Assembly: GCA_937897585.1 (NCBI GenBank) | Contig: CALCNY010000187.1 | Span: 1 to 51,751 of the forward strand | Reading direction: 5' to 3' | DNA from: an uncultured Chitinophagaceae bacterium | Lineage (GTDB): Bacteria; Bacteroidota; Bacteroidia; Chitinophagales; Chitinophagaceae | Length of the DNA stretch: 51,751 bases | Made by a program: the position numbers and the translations under genes | Shown: positions 7,017 through 15,277 of the stretch, one piece after another | Layout of the letters: every line of letters begins with the position of its first letter | How positions within the stretch are numbered: the stretch's first letter is position 1 | The notes under the pieces: generated by a model | What the model was told of the DNA's origin: nothing | Database searches by the model: none | The model's input: only the letters and a program-made list of their open reading frames with translations

Positions 7017-9341
7017 ATGCCCCAATATATAGATGAACTAAATGAACCGCAGCGTACCGCGGTTTTGCACAAAGACGGACCCATAATGATCATTGCCGGA
7101 GCTGGCAGTGGAAAAACAAAAGTGATTACCACTCGAATCGCTCACCTGATGTCAACAGGTGTTGATGCCTTTAATATTTTGGCACTAACGTTTACGAATA
7201 AGGCTGCTGCAGAGATGAAAGAGCGTATCCAAAAAATACTTGGTAACAGCGAAGCTCGTAATTTGTATATCGGAACTTTTCATAGTGTATTCGCACGTAT
7301 TCTGAGAGGGGAAGCTACTAAAATCGGCTACCCTAGTGACTTCACCATTTATGACGGTGATGATGCCAAATCGGTTATCAAAACCATTGTGCGTGAAATG
7401 AATTTGGATGAAAAACATTACAAGCCCAATATCGTTTTAGGCAGAATTTCAAAAGCGAAAAATGCTTTGGTGGGTCCGGAAGAATATGCCAATGACTATC
7501 ATTTACAGCAAGAAGATTACAAAGCCAATCGCCCTGAAATTGGCGCTATTTATAAATCTTATGCAGCCCGTTGTTTTAAAAACGGCGCGATGGATTTCGA
7601 TGATTTACTATTTAAAATGTATGTACTGTTGAGTACATTTCCTGAATGTTTAAGCAAGTTTCAGCATAAGTTTAAATACATCATGATTGATGAGTATCAG
7701 GATACCAATGTGGTGCAATATGAAATTGTGAAACTACTTGGTGCCATGCACGAAAACGTGTGTGTTGTAGGTGATGATGCGCAAAGTATTTATAGCTTCC
7801 GTGGTGCTACAATTGAAAATATACTTCAGTTTCAAAAAGATTATGATGAAATAACTGTTGTAAAATTGGAACAGAATTATAGAAGTACAAAAAACATTCT
7901 AAATGTTGCCAATGAAGTCATCAGTAATAATAAAGGTCAGATTGAAAAGAAATTATTTACTGATAATGTTGAGGGTGAGAAAATAAAATTAATCCGCACC
8001 ATGACGGATAATGACGAGGGGAAAATCGTTGCAGATTCTATACAAGAACTAAAATTGCGCAATCATTATTTCAATCAGGATTTCGCGATTTTATATCGCA
8101 CCAATGCCCAGAGTCGTAGCTATGAGGAATCGTTGAGAAGAATGGGTATCGTATATAAAATTTATGGCGGCTTGAGTTTCTATCAACGTAAAGAGATCAA
8201 GGATTTTATTGCTTATCTCAGATTGATAGTGAATCCAAGAGATGAAGAAGCATTGAAAAGAGTCATCAATTACCCGGCGCGAGGCATTGGAAAAACTTCT
8301 ATTGATAGATTGGTGTTGTTGGCCAATGAGAAAGATTGCAGTGTTTGGGATATTCTCACCAATGCAGCTATGTTTGGTTTCAAGAGTGGCACTTTGGAAA
8401 GCATGGACAATTTTGTAACCATGTTAAAAATGTTTCAAAGTGAAATGGGTAAAAAAAATGCTTATGATTTAGCAGTGATTGTTGGAAAGAGTACAACCAT
8501 TGTAAAGGAATTATTCAATGATAAAACAACAGAAGGTCTTGCCAGATACGAGAACGTACAGGAGTTGTTAAACTCTATCAAAGAATTTACAGAAACGCCG
8601 ATGAATGAAGAAGATGGCGAAGTCGGCGATAAAGGACTCGGTACTTATCTTCAACAAATCTCATTACTAACGGATACAGACAACGATAAAGAAAATGCCG
8701 ATGCCGTGAAACTGATGACCATACATGCTGCTAAAGGTTTGGAATTTCCTGTAGTTTTTGTAGGTGGTTTGGAAGAAACGCTTTTTCCGGGTTCTATGAG
8801 TATTAATACGAGAGAAGAACTTGAAGAAGAAAGAAGATTATTTTATGTAGCCATTACTCGTGCGAAAGCGAAATTGTTTCTAACGTATGCGAATGCACGC
8901 TATCGTTTCGGACAATTACAACAAAATGAGCCCAGCAGATTCTTAGAAGAAATTGATGAGAAATATATAGACAAATCATTTGCAGGTGGGGTGGCAAGAA
9001 ACAACGCATCATCTTGGGCACAGTCAACTGCGCATGAAAGAATGAGGAGAGGATTTGGAAGTCCTGCTGAAAAACAAGCGCCTGTTAAAACTACCTTCAC
9101 TGTTACTCCGGTAAGAACGCAACCAAAAGAACATGTGCCATCAGAAAATTTTGTACCCAGTGATACCAGTTTGTTACAGCAAGGTCATAAAGTAGAGCAT
9201 CAGAAATTCGGATTTGGCGAGGTGAAAAAGCTTGAAGGTGCTAGCCATAATCCAATTGCAACCATATTATTTGATTTGAATGGTGAGAAAAAAATTATGT
9301 TGAATTACGCGAAGTTGAGGATTGTGGAGGAAGCCCCCTAA
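7017..9341 (+). CDS. pcrA: ATP-dependent DNA helicase PcrA/UvrD
   Basis: AGAGSGKT, ILALTFTNKAA, DEYQD, VGDDAQSIYSFRGA, LEQNYRS, TIHAAKGLEF, EERRLFYVAITRA; C-terminal Tudor-like HQKFGFG. Confidence 0.93.
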   Translation: MPQYIDELNEPQRTAVLHKDGPIMIIAGAGSGKTKVITTRIAHLMSTGVDAFNILALTFTNKAAAEMKERIQKILGNSEARNLYIGTFHSVFARILRGEATKIGYPSDFTIYDGDDAKSVIKTIVREMNLDEKHYKPNIVLGRISKAKNALVGPEEYANDYHLQQEDYKANRPEIGAIYKSYAARCFKNGAMDFDDLLFKMYVLLSTFPECLSKFQHKFKYIMIDEYQDTNVVQYEIVKLLGAMHENVCVVGDDAQSIYSFRGATIENILQFQKDYDEITVVKLEQNYRSTKNILNVANEVISNNKGQIEKKLFTDNVEGEKIKLIRTMTDNDEGKIVADSIQELKLRNHYFNQDFAILYRTNAQSRSYEESLRRMGIVYKIYGGLSFYQRKEIKDFIAYLRLIVNPRDEEALKRVINYPARGIGKTSIDRLVLLANEKDCSVWDILTNAAMFGFKSGTLESMDNFVTMLKMFQSEMGKKNAYDLAVIVGKSTTIVKELFNDKTTEGLARYENVQELLNSIKEFTETPMNEEDGEVGDKGLGTYLQQISLLTDTDNDKENADAVKLMTIHAAKGLEFPVVFVGGLEETLFPGSMSINTREELEEERRLFYVAITRAKAKLFLTYANARYRFGQLQQNEPSRFLEEIDEKYIDKSFAGGVARNNASSWAQSTAHERMRRGFGSPAEKQAPVKTTFTVTPVRTQPKEHVPSENFVPSDTSLLQQGHKVEHQKFGFGEVKKLEGASHNPIATILFDLNGEKKIMLNYAKLRIVEEAP

Positions 9342-9615
9342 ATCACCTAATGGAGTGGCCCCCTAAATCCCCCAAAGGGGGACTTTGATTGTGTTTTTTG
9401 CCCTTGTTGGTCTTATGACCAACAAAAAAAGATTAGCCACGAATTCACGAATGGGTTTCACGCAAGGTTCGCAAAGGAGCAAAGACGCGATTGTTTTTTG
9501 TCACAAGGACGCTAAGGCACAAAGATTCACAAAGTCGATAATTCTGATTGCTCCCCTCTAATTCTTGGACTTCCCCCTTTGGGGGATTAAGGGGGCTTGG
9601 GGTTTGGGGTGAGAC
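9333..9615. repeat. Mosaic intergenic repeat cassette downstream of pcrA
   Basis: Partial A (9333, provides the stop), full A (9358-9390), hairpin TTGTTGGTCTTATGACCAACAA (9404), GCCACGAATTCACGAAT (9436), CACGCAAGGTTCGCAAAG (9459), F module (9516-9559), inverted A nested in B (9560-9614). Confidence 0.85.
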
Positions 9616-9659
9616 TAATAAATATCCTTTTTCGCAAATACTCTCTCATTTGATTGAAT

Positions 9660-9667
9660 TAAATTTG
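9660..9667 (+). promoter_or_regulatory. -7 promoter element upstream of the nfu gene
   Basis: TAAATTTG, 22 nt before the ATG at 9690. Confidence 0.55.
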
Positions 9668-9689
9668 TCCCCACAATAAACAAAGAACA

Positions 9690-10289
9690 ATGATAAAGAC
9701 AGGCAATCCGGTAATCAGTATTTACACAGAAATGACTCCCAATCCGGAAACGATGAAATTTGTAGCCAATAAGTTATTATATCCGGGTAAAAGCATTGAT
9801 TTTCCGGATGAAAGCAGCGCCAAGCCCTCTCCGCTGGCACAGGAATTATTTAGTTTTCCCTTTATCAAATCAGTATTTATCGCCAGCAATTTTGTAACGT
9901 TAACCAAATCCTCTGAAACTGAAGACTGGCAGGATATGATTCCAACGGTAAAGCAATTTCTCAAAGAATACCTCGAAGAAGGAAAAGCGGTTGTTAATGA
10001 AGACGAAGTGGTTAAAATCAAATTGGAAAGCAGCAATGAAATCAGTGCTGATGATAATGACGTAGTAAAAAGAATTAAAGAATTACTTGAAAATTACGTG
10101 AAGCCAGCTGTGGAAATGGATGGCGGCGCCATACAATTTAAAAGCTTTGAAGATGGAAAGGTAAACCTGATGTTGCAAGGAAGTTGTAGTGGTTGTCCTT
10201 CTTCAATGATTACTTTGAAAGCAGGTATTGAGGGTATGATGAAGAGAATGATTCCTGAAGTAAAAGAAGTGGTGGCTGAAGCTGAGTAA
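9690..10289 (+). CDS. NifU/Nfu family Fe-S cluster scaffold/carrier
   Basis: Nfu_N (YTEMTPNPETMKF) plus NifU_C with GSCSGCPSS. Confidence 0.92.
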   Translation: MIKTGNPVISIYTEMTPNPETMKFVANKLLYPGKSIDFPDESSAKPSPLAQELFSFPFIKSVFIASNFVTLTKSSETEDWQDMIPTVKQFLKEYLEEGKAVVNEDEVVKIKLESSNEISADDNDVVKRIKELLENYVKPAVEMDGGAIQFKSFEDGKVNLMLQGSCSGCPSSMITLKAGIEGMMKRMIPEVKEVVAEAE

Positions 10290-10305
10290 TTCAAATCGTT
10301 TTTTC

Positions 10306-10357
10306 TCCAAAATATACAATGCGCGGGCCTTAAGGCCCGCGCATTGTATATTTTGGA
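10306..10357. repeat. Perfect 52-bp palindrome without a loop
   Basis: TCCAAAATATACAATGCGCGGGCCTT|AAGGCCCGCGCATTGTATATTTTGGA. Confidence 0.95.
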
Positions 10358-10396
10358 ATATCTTCGCTTATAAATTAAAGTACTTCAAAAATAGGA

Positions 10397-11005
10397 ATGG
10401 GTATAAACCAAATCTGGCAACAATTCTCAGAAAACGTCATTCAAACCCGTTGGGAAGAATGGCTAAGTACGGCTTTACAGGTTGCGAGTGTTTGGTATGC
10501 CAAGAAGAATAACGTACTCGTATATCCGACAGGAATCATTGGCGTATTGTTGGCATCTTATATTTATTATTTCATTTCTAATCCGCCATTATACGCAGAT
10601 GCTATTTTGAATATTTATTATTTTTTCATGAGTATTTATGGTTGGTACAATTGGGTGCAGAAAAAAAATGAACAATTGGTTTTTCCAATCAGCTGGTGTG
10701 ATAAAAAAGAGTTGTCCATTGGCATAGGGATTTTTATTTTCTTTTGGGGATTGATTTATTACATGTTGATTAGCATTACGAATAGCAACACGCCAGTATT
10801 AGATTCTTTGGTTTCTTCAACTGCAGTAATTTCTATGTGGTGGATGGCCAAAAGAAAAATGGAAAACTGGATTGCATGGATTGTTTCAAACATTGTTGCC
10901 ATTCCATTGAATTTCTATAAGGGTTTCATGTTGTTTACGTTGATGTACATTTTGTTTTTAGGGTTGGCGGTTTCGGGTTATAAAGAGTGGAAGAAGAAAA
11001 TTTAA
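10397..11005 (+). CDS. pnuC: PnuC-family nicotinamide riboside/vitamin transporter
   Basis: Multi-TM; SIYGWYNW, PVLDS, MAKRKMENWIAWIV, GYKEW motifs; adjacent to a NadR-like kinase. Confidence 0.88.
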   Translation: MGINQIWQQFSENVIQTRWEEWLSTALQVASVWYAKKNNVLVYPTGIIGVLLASYIYYFISNPPLYADAILNIYYFFMSIYGWYNWVQKKNEQLVFPISWCDKKELSIGIGIFIFFWGLIYYMLISITNSNTPVLDSLVSSTAVISMWWMAKRKMENWIAWIVSNIVAIPLNFYKGFMLFTLMYILFLGLAVSGYKEWKKKI

Positions 11006-11028
11006 AAGTAAAAATTCAAAAGTAAAAA

Positions 11029-11640
11029 ATGAGTGAGTGTATTATCAAGGTAGTAGTCATTGGTCCTGAGTCGACAGGAAAGAGTACGCTTTGTGAAAAA
11101 TTAGCTGCTCATTACAAAACAATTTGGGTGCAGGAATATGCCAGAGAATATTTAATAAAAAACGGAAACGCATATACGCAACAAGATTTGCTCACCATCG
11201 CCAAAGGGCAGATTGAAAATGAAGAAAAAGCCATTCAACAACTATCCAACAATCAATTCCCAAACAATAAACAACGAACAACAAACCAAGGACAAACAAA
11301 CAACGCCCAACCCCAAACTCCAAACAAAAAACTATTAATTATCGACACCGACATGCACGTCATGAAAATCTGGAGTGAATTTGTATTTAATACCTGCAAT
11401 CATTTTATTTTGAATCAAATCGCCTCTAGAGAATATCATGCTTATTTACTTTGTGAACCTGATATTGATTGGGTAAAAGATGAACTGAGGGAATATCCTG
11501 ATTTGAAAACAAGAGAAATTTTATTTCATCATTATAAGGATTTACTGGTACATCAGCATTGTGCCTGGACAATCATTAACGGAGGTTATGACACAAGATT
11601 TCAAAAAGCGATAGCTTACATTGATAGCCTATTTCAATAA
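11029..11640 (+). CDS. NadR-type AAA/ribosylnicotinamide kinase-like ATP-binding protein
   Basis: KVVVIGPESTGKST, EYAREYL, IIDTD, DIDWVKDELRE; low-complexity N/Q insert. Confidence 0.85.
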   Translation: MSECIIKVVVIGPESTGKSTLCEKLAAHYKTIWVQEYAREYLIKNGNAYTQQDLLTIAKGQIENEEKAIQQLSNNQFPNNKQRTTNQGQTNNAQPQTPNKKLLIIDTDMHVMKIWSEFVFNTCNHFILNQIASREYHAYLLCEPDIDWVKDELREYPDLKTREILFHHYKDLLVHQHCAWTIINGGYDTRFQKAIAYIDSLFQ

Positions 11641-12324
11641 AGCTTCAATATCTGGATCACCATCGAGATTATTCATTTGAGTCAAGATTCTGTTTGAACG
11701 ATAACTAACGTACTTGCTTAAAGGTACAACTGTAAATTTTTTAGGATTGGGCAAACAAGCCGCTATCATGGCAGCTTCTTTTCTTGTCAATTGAGCAGCA
11801 TTTTTATTGAAATATTTTTTGGCGGCGGCCTGCACACCATAAACGCCACTGCCCATTTCTGCTACATTGAGGTAAGTTTCAAGAATTCGTTCTTTGCCCC
11901 ATATTTTCTCAATCATAAAAGTGAAATACACTTCAAGTCCTTTTCTGAAGAAACCACCATGCTGCCATAAAAAAACATTTTTTGCAGTTTGCTGACTAAT
12001 GGTACTGGCACCACGAGTTTTGGTGGGATGTTTTTCATTATACTTCATTGCCTTTTTAATAGCTTTTACATCAAATCCATCATGGTCGGGGAAAAGCTGG
12101 TCCTCTGAAGCCATAACAGCCAATTTGATATTAGGTCCCATTTCATTATAATCAATATAATCTCTCTCAAAACCATAGCCCTCAATCGCATTAACTGCGT
12201 GTGTAATGGTAATAGGCGGGTTGATCCATTTACAGAAAAAAATATAAACGAATTGTCCAATAAATAAAATAAGAAAGAGTTTTTTTATAAACCTCCAAAA
12301 AACGCTTTTCTTTTTTTCTGTCAT
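11629..12324 (-). CDS. mtgA: Monofunctional peptidoglycan transglycosylase
   Basis: SEDQLFPDHDGFD, RGASTISQQTAKNVF, RKGLE, KERILETYLN motifs. Confidence 0.93.
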   Translation of the reverse strand: MTEKKKSVFWRFIKKLFLILFIGQFVYIFFCKWINPPITITHAVNAIEGYGFERDYIDYNEMGPNIKLAVMASEDQLFPDHDGFDVKAIKKAMKYNEKHPTKTRGASTISQQTAKNVFLWQHGGFFRKGLEVYFTFMIEKIWGKERILETYLNVAEMGSGVYGVQAAAKKYFNKNAAQLTRKEAAMIAACLPNPKKFTVVPLSKYVSYRSNRILTQMNNLDGDPDIEALLK

Positions 12325-12361
12325 GCTTTGTTAATTTTATAAAGTTCTAATGAATGTGTGA

Positions 12362-12907
12362 TCATTTCATTTTGACATATTGCAATCTGTAATTCCTTTT
12401 TCCAATAATAACATTTTTAGGTTTTATTTTACTCAGAAAAAAACCTATCACGCTAAGCCCTGAACCTGCAATTAAAAGTTGCGGACTAAATTTTTCTTTA
12501 TCTGCAAGATATACAACGCCACTTGCTGCTGTAAGTAAAATGCCACCACCAAGCAAAGTGGCTCCACTGGCAGACCAATCAAAATTGTCTTTTGATTTTT
12601 TAATAATGCTTAAAATATCTTTATAATGATAAGCATAATGAAAGCTTCCCAGGGTATCAATAACATAAAAGCCCATACTTGTCATGCTTTTGCTGATTAA
12701 AAATTCCTGTAAAAAAATTGAATCGTTTTGTATTTTATTTATAGTTGCATTTTTGTAAATACCTGATTTTGTAATCAATTCAATATTCACACCAGCATAA
12801 TAAGATTTGATTGTCTTGTTGTGTTTTTTGAGCAACAAAAAATCAGCCGATTGCGCATCAGCTGTATGAGAAAACAAAATCAAAAGAAAGAAAAAAATAT
12901 ATTTCAA
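12362..12907 (-). CDS. Hypothetical secreted/membrane protein
   Basis: Signal peptide and two C-terminal hydrophobic segments; in a minus-strand operon. Confidence 0.7.
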   Translation of the reverse strand: MKYIFFFLLILFSHTADAQSADFLLLKKHNKTIKSYYAGVNIELITKSGIYKNATINKIQNDSIFLQEFLISKSMTSMGFYVIDTLGSFHYAYHYKDILSIIKKSKDNFDWSASGATLLGGGILLTAASGVVYLADKEKFSPQLLIAGSGLSVIGFFLSKIKPKNVIIGKRNYRLQYVKMK

Positions 12908-12910
12908 AAA

Positions 12911-13546
12911 TTAATTGTTTTGAGTGGAATGATAAACCGCACCTAACAGTAACGCTAAGCCGAAGGCGATGAATAATAAGCCTGAGATTTTATTGATGAT
13001 ACTGATATTTTTGTTGGTGAGTTTGTTTCTAAGTTTTCCGGCGAGATTTATTTTTGCCACATCGGCACTCATATTTAGGGCAAGACAGATGGCAAAAATT
13101 ATCACCCGTTCATCAAAAGTATTGGAGATGGCTTTTGTGGATGCAGCAATCCAAAGTGCTATTACTGCAGGATTGAGTGTATTGATTAAAAAACCGGTGA
13201 TGAATAATTTTGCATGGGTAGTACCGGCAATTTTTACGCCATTATCCATTTCTTCTTTGGTGTGGTATTTTTTGAAGAACAGATAAAAAATGCCTAAACC
13301 AATAAGGAACAGACCACCACAGAGTCCTATTTGTTTTTTATATACAATCATCTCTCCAAGAAATCCTCCGAAAATATTTGCAGTAATTACCCAGATGATG
13401 TCGCTGAGCCAAACGCCACTGATGAAATAAAAAGCACTTGAAATGCCGTAGTTAATTCTTAATTTGATTATCGTAAACACAACCGGCCCAACAGAAAATA
13501 CCAATGCCATGCCCAAAAGCAAGCCTGAGATAATGGCATCTGTCAT
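12911..13546 (-). CDS. LysE family translocator
   Basis: SVGPV N-terminal motif, GFLINTLNP, six TM segments. Confidence 0.85.
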   Translation of the reverse strand: MTDAIISGLLLGMALVFSVGPVVFTIIKLRINYGISSAFYFISGVWLSDIIWVITANIFGGFLGEMIVYKKQIGLCGGLFLIGLGIFYLFFKKYHTKEEMDNGVKIAGTTHAKLFITGFLINTLNPAVIALWIAASTKAISNTFDERVIIFAICLALNMSADVAKINLAGKLRNKLTNKNISIINKISGLLFIAFGLALLLGAVYHSTQNN

Positions 13547-13567
13547 GTGAATTGTATTGTTGTTTGT

Positions 13568-15103
13568 TTATAAATAAGATTGCTCGGATAAAAAATGTTG
13601 CCAGTCTGCAAGCATTTTACCTTTCAATACTCTGGGAAATTTATGTTGGCCGCCTACTTTTCCTTTCTTGGTCAAAAAGTCCATAAAAGCTTTTTCGGGC
13701 AATGCTTTTACCATAATCGCTTTCAATGCATGCTTTCTTTCCACTTCATAATCATCATTGAGCATTTTTAATTTCTCGTCAATTTTCTCAGTCAGTAATT
13801 TTTCATCTATTGCATCGTCGGAGGCAACATACCATTGGTGAGCGAAGAAGTTACCGTAAGGGATACCCGAAACCGTAAATTCAGGAATATACACATTTAA
13901 TTCTTCGCATGCCATTTCAATAGCACGGTTCATATTGTCAACACTGAGATGTTCGCCAACCAGGCTTAAAAAATGTTTCGTTCTGCCGGTGATGATAATT
14001 TCATTTTTTTCTTTATCGATAAGTCTTATTGTGTCTCCAATAGCATAACGCCAGGCACCTGCATTGGTGCTGATGAGAATGGCATAATCTTTATTTTCTT
14101 CAATTTCATGAATCATAAAAGCTTCATGTTGTTCAAGAATATTGCCTTCGGAATCAAAATTATTATCGTCAAATGGAACAAATTCAAAAAAGATATTGTT
14201 GTTTAATGCCAGCTGCATGCCTCTGGTGTCTTGTCGGCTCTGGTAAGCCAGAAAGCCCTCGCTGGCAAGATAAGTTTCTATATAAGTGACGGGCTTGCCG
14301 AATAATCTTTCAAATCCTTTTTTATATGGTTCCATCGCCACACCACCATGAACATAAAAGGCAAGGTTGGGCCAGATATCATGAATTGTATTGAGTTTGT
14401 ATGTTTCAATTATTTTTTCCATGCACAGCTGAAGCCAGGCGGGTACGCCTACAATGAAACCGATGTCCCAGGTGGGTGCTTTTTCAACAATCTCTTCGAT
14501 TTTCTTGCTCCAGTCTTTTTCCTTGGCAATTTTTTTACCGGGCTTGTACAAGCCAAGACCTTGAAACCAGAAAGGAATATTTTTTTGCTGAATACCGCTA
14601 AGATCTCCGGCAAAATAAGTGGCACCTTTTTGCAATTGCGTGCTGCCGCCAAGCATCAACCAACCTTTGCCTATGGCGCTTTTGGGAACATTTTCATATT
14701 TGGCAAGGCTCAGCAGTTGTTTGAAGCTGGTGATGGTGTTGCTTCTGATCAACTCTTTGGTGATAGGAATGTATTTGCTTGCCGCTTCACTGGTTCCACT
14801 GCTCAAGGCAAAGTATTTAATAATACCTGGCCAGCAAACATCCGGAGTACCTTCAAGGGTCTTGTGCCACCAATCTTTGTAGATTTTGTCGTAGTTATAA
14901 GTTGGAACATGTTGCTGAAATTTTTTTCCGGGATGTTTACTGAATAAAATCTCATCGAACTTGTATTGTTGCCCAAATGCTGTGAACCTGGCTTTGCGCA
15001 GCAATTTCTTCAACACCCTGATTTGCTGCCTTCTGGCATCACGAACAGGAATATTGAGCGCTTTCGCTATGGTAGCCGGTATTTTAATATCAAAAATAGC
15101 CAT
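13568..15103 (-). CDS. GH3 auxin-responsive-promoter family protein (acyl-acid amido synthetase-like)
   Basis: FALSSGTS, YLASEGF, WRYAIGDT, ITGRTK, GGQHKFPRV. ATG at 15103 preferred, with TATATTTG (-7) at 15128-15135 on the minus strand. Confidence 0.88.
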   Translation of the reverse strand: MAIFDIKIPATIAKALNIPVRDARRQQIRVLKKLLRKARFTAFGQQYKFDEILFSKHPGKKFQQHVPTYNYDKIYKDWWHKTLEGTPDVCWPGIIKYFALSSGTSEAASKYIPITKELIRSNTITSFKQLLSLAKYENVPKSAIGKGWLMLGGSTQLQKGATYFAGDLSGIQQKNIPFWFQGLGLYKPGKKIAKEKDWSKKIEEIVEKAPTWDIGFIVGVPAWLQLCMEKIIETYKLNTIHDIWPNLAFYVHGGVAMEPYKKGFERLFGKPVTYIETYLASEGFLAYQSRQDTRGMQLALNNNIFFEFVPFDDNNFDSEGNILEQHEAFMIHEIEENKDYAILISTNAGAWRYAIGDTIRLIDKEKNEIIITGRTKHFLSLVGEHLSVDNMNRAIEMACEELNVYIPEFTVSGIPYGNFFAHQWYVASDDAIDEKLLTEKIDEKLKMLNDDYEVERKHALKAIMVKALPEKAFMDFLTKKGKVGGQHKFPRVLKGKMLADWQHFLSEQSYL

Positions 15104-15277
15104 CAGGTCTTTATTGAAAAAAGTATGCAAATATAAATTTTCTTGGGCAGAGCAGCTACAATTAAAGGTTTAAATTGATTGAAGCAAATTCAGCTAAAAA
15201 TAAGTAGGTTTGTTCTCGCAAAAAATGGATATGGTCAATCGCTATTATCTGAAAATTAAAAATCTAAAACTCAAAAA

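Noticed and set aside
6825-7025. 66-aa ORF with LDR repeats
   Set aside because: Translation of the 9-mer microsatellite; overlaps the pcrA promoter and start.
10290-10396. Riboswitch upstream of pnuC
   Set aside because: The 107-bp gap is occupied by the perfect palindrome; I recognised no TPP, FMN or NAD riboswitch motifs.
14348-14947. 199-aa and other antisense or alternative-frame ORFs (e.g. 48244-48828, 3924-4310, 43085-43495)
   Set aside because: Shadows of well-supported genes on the opposite strand or frame.
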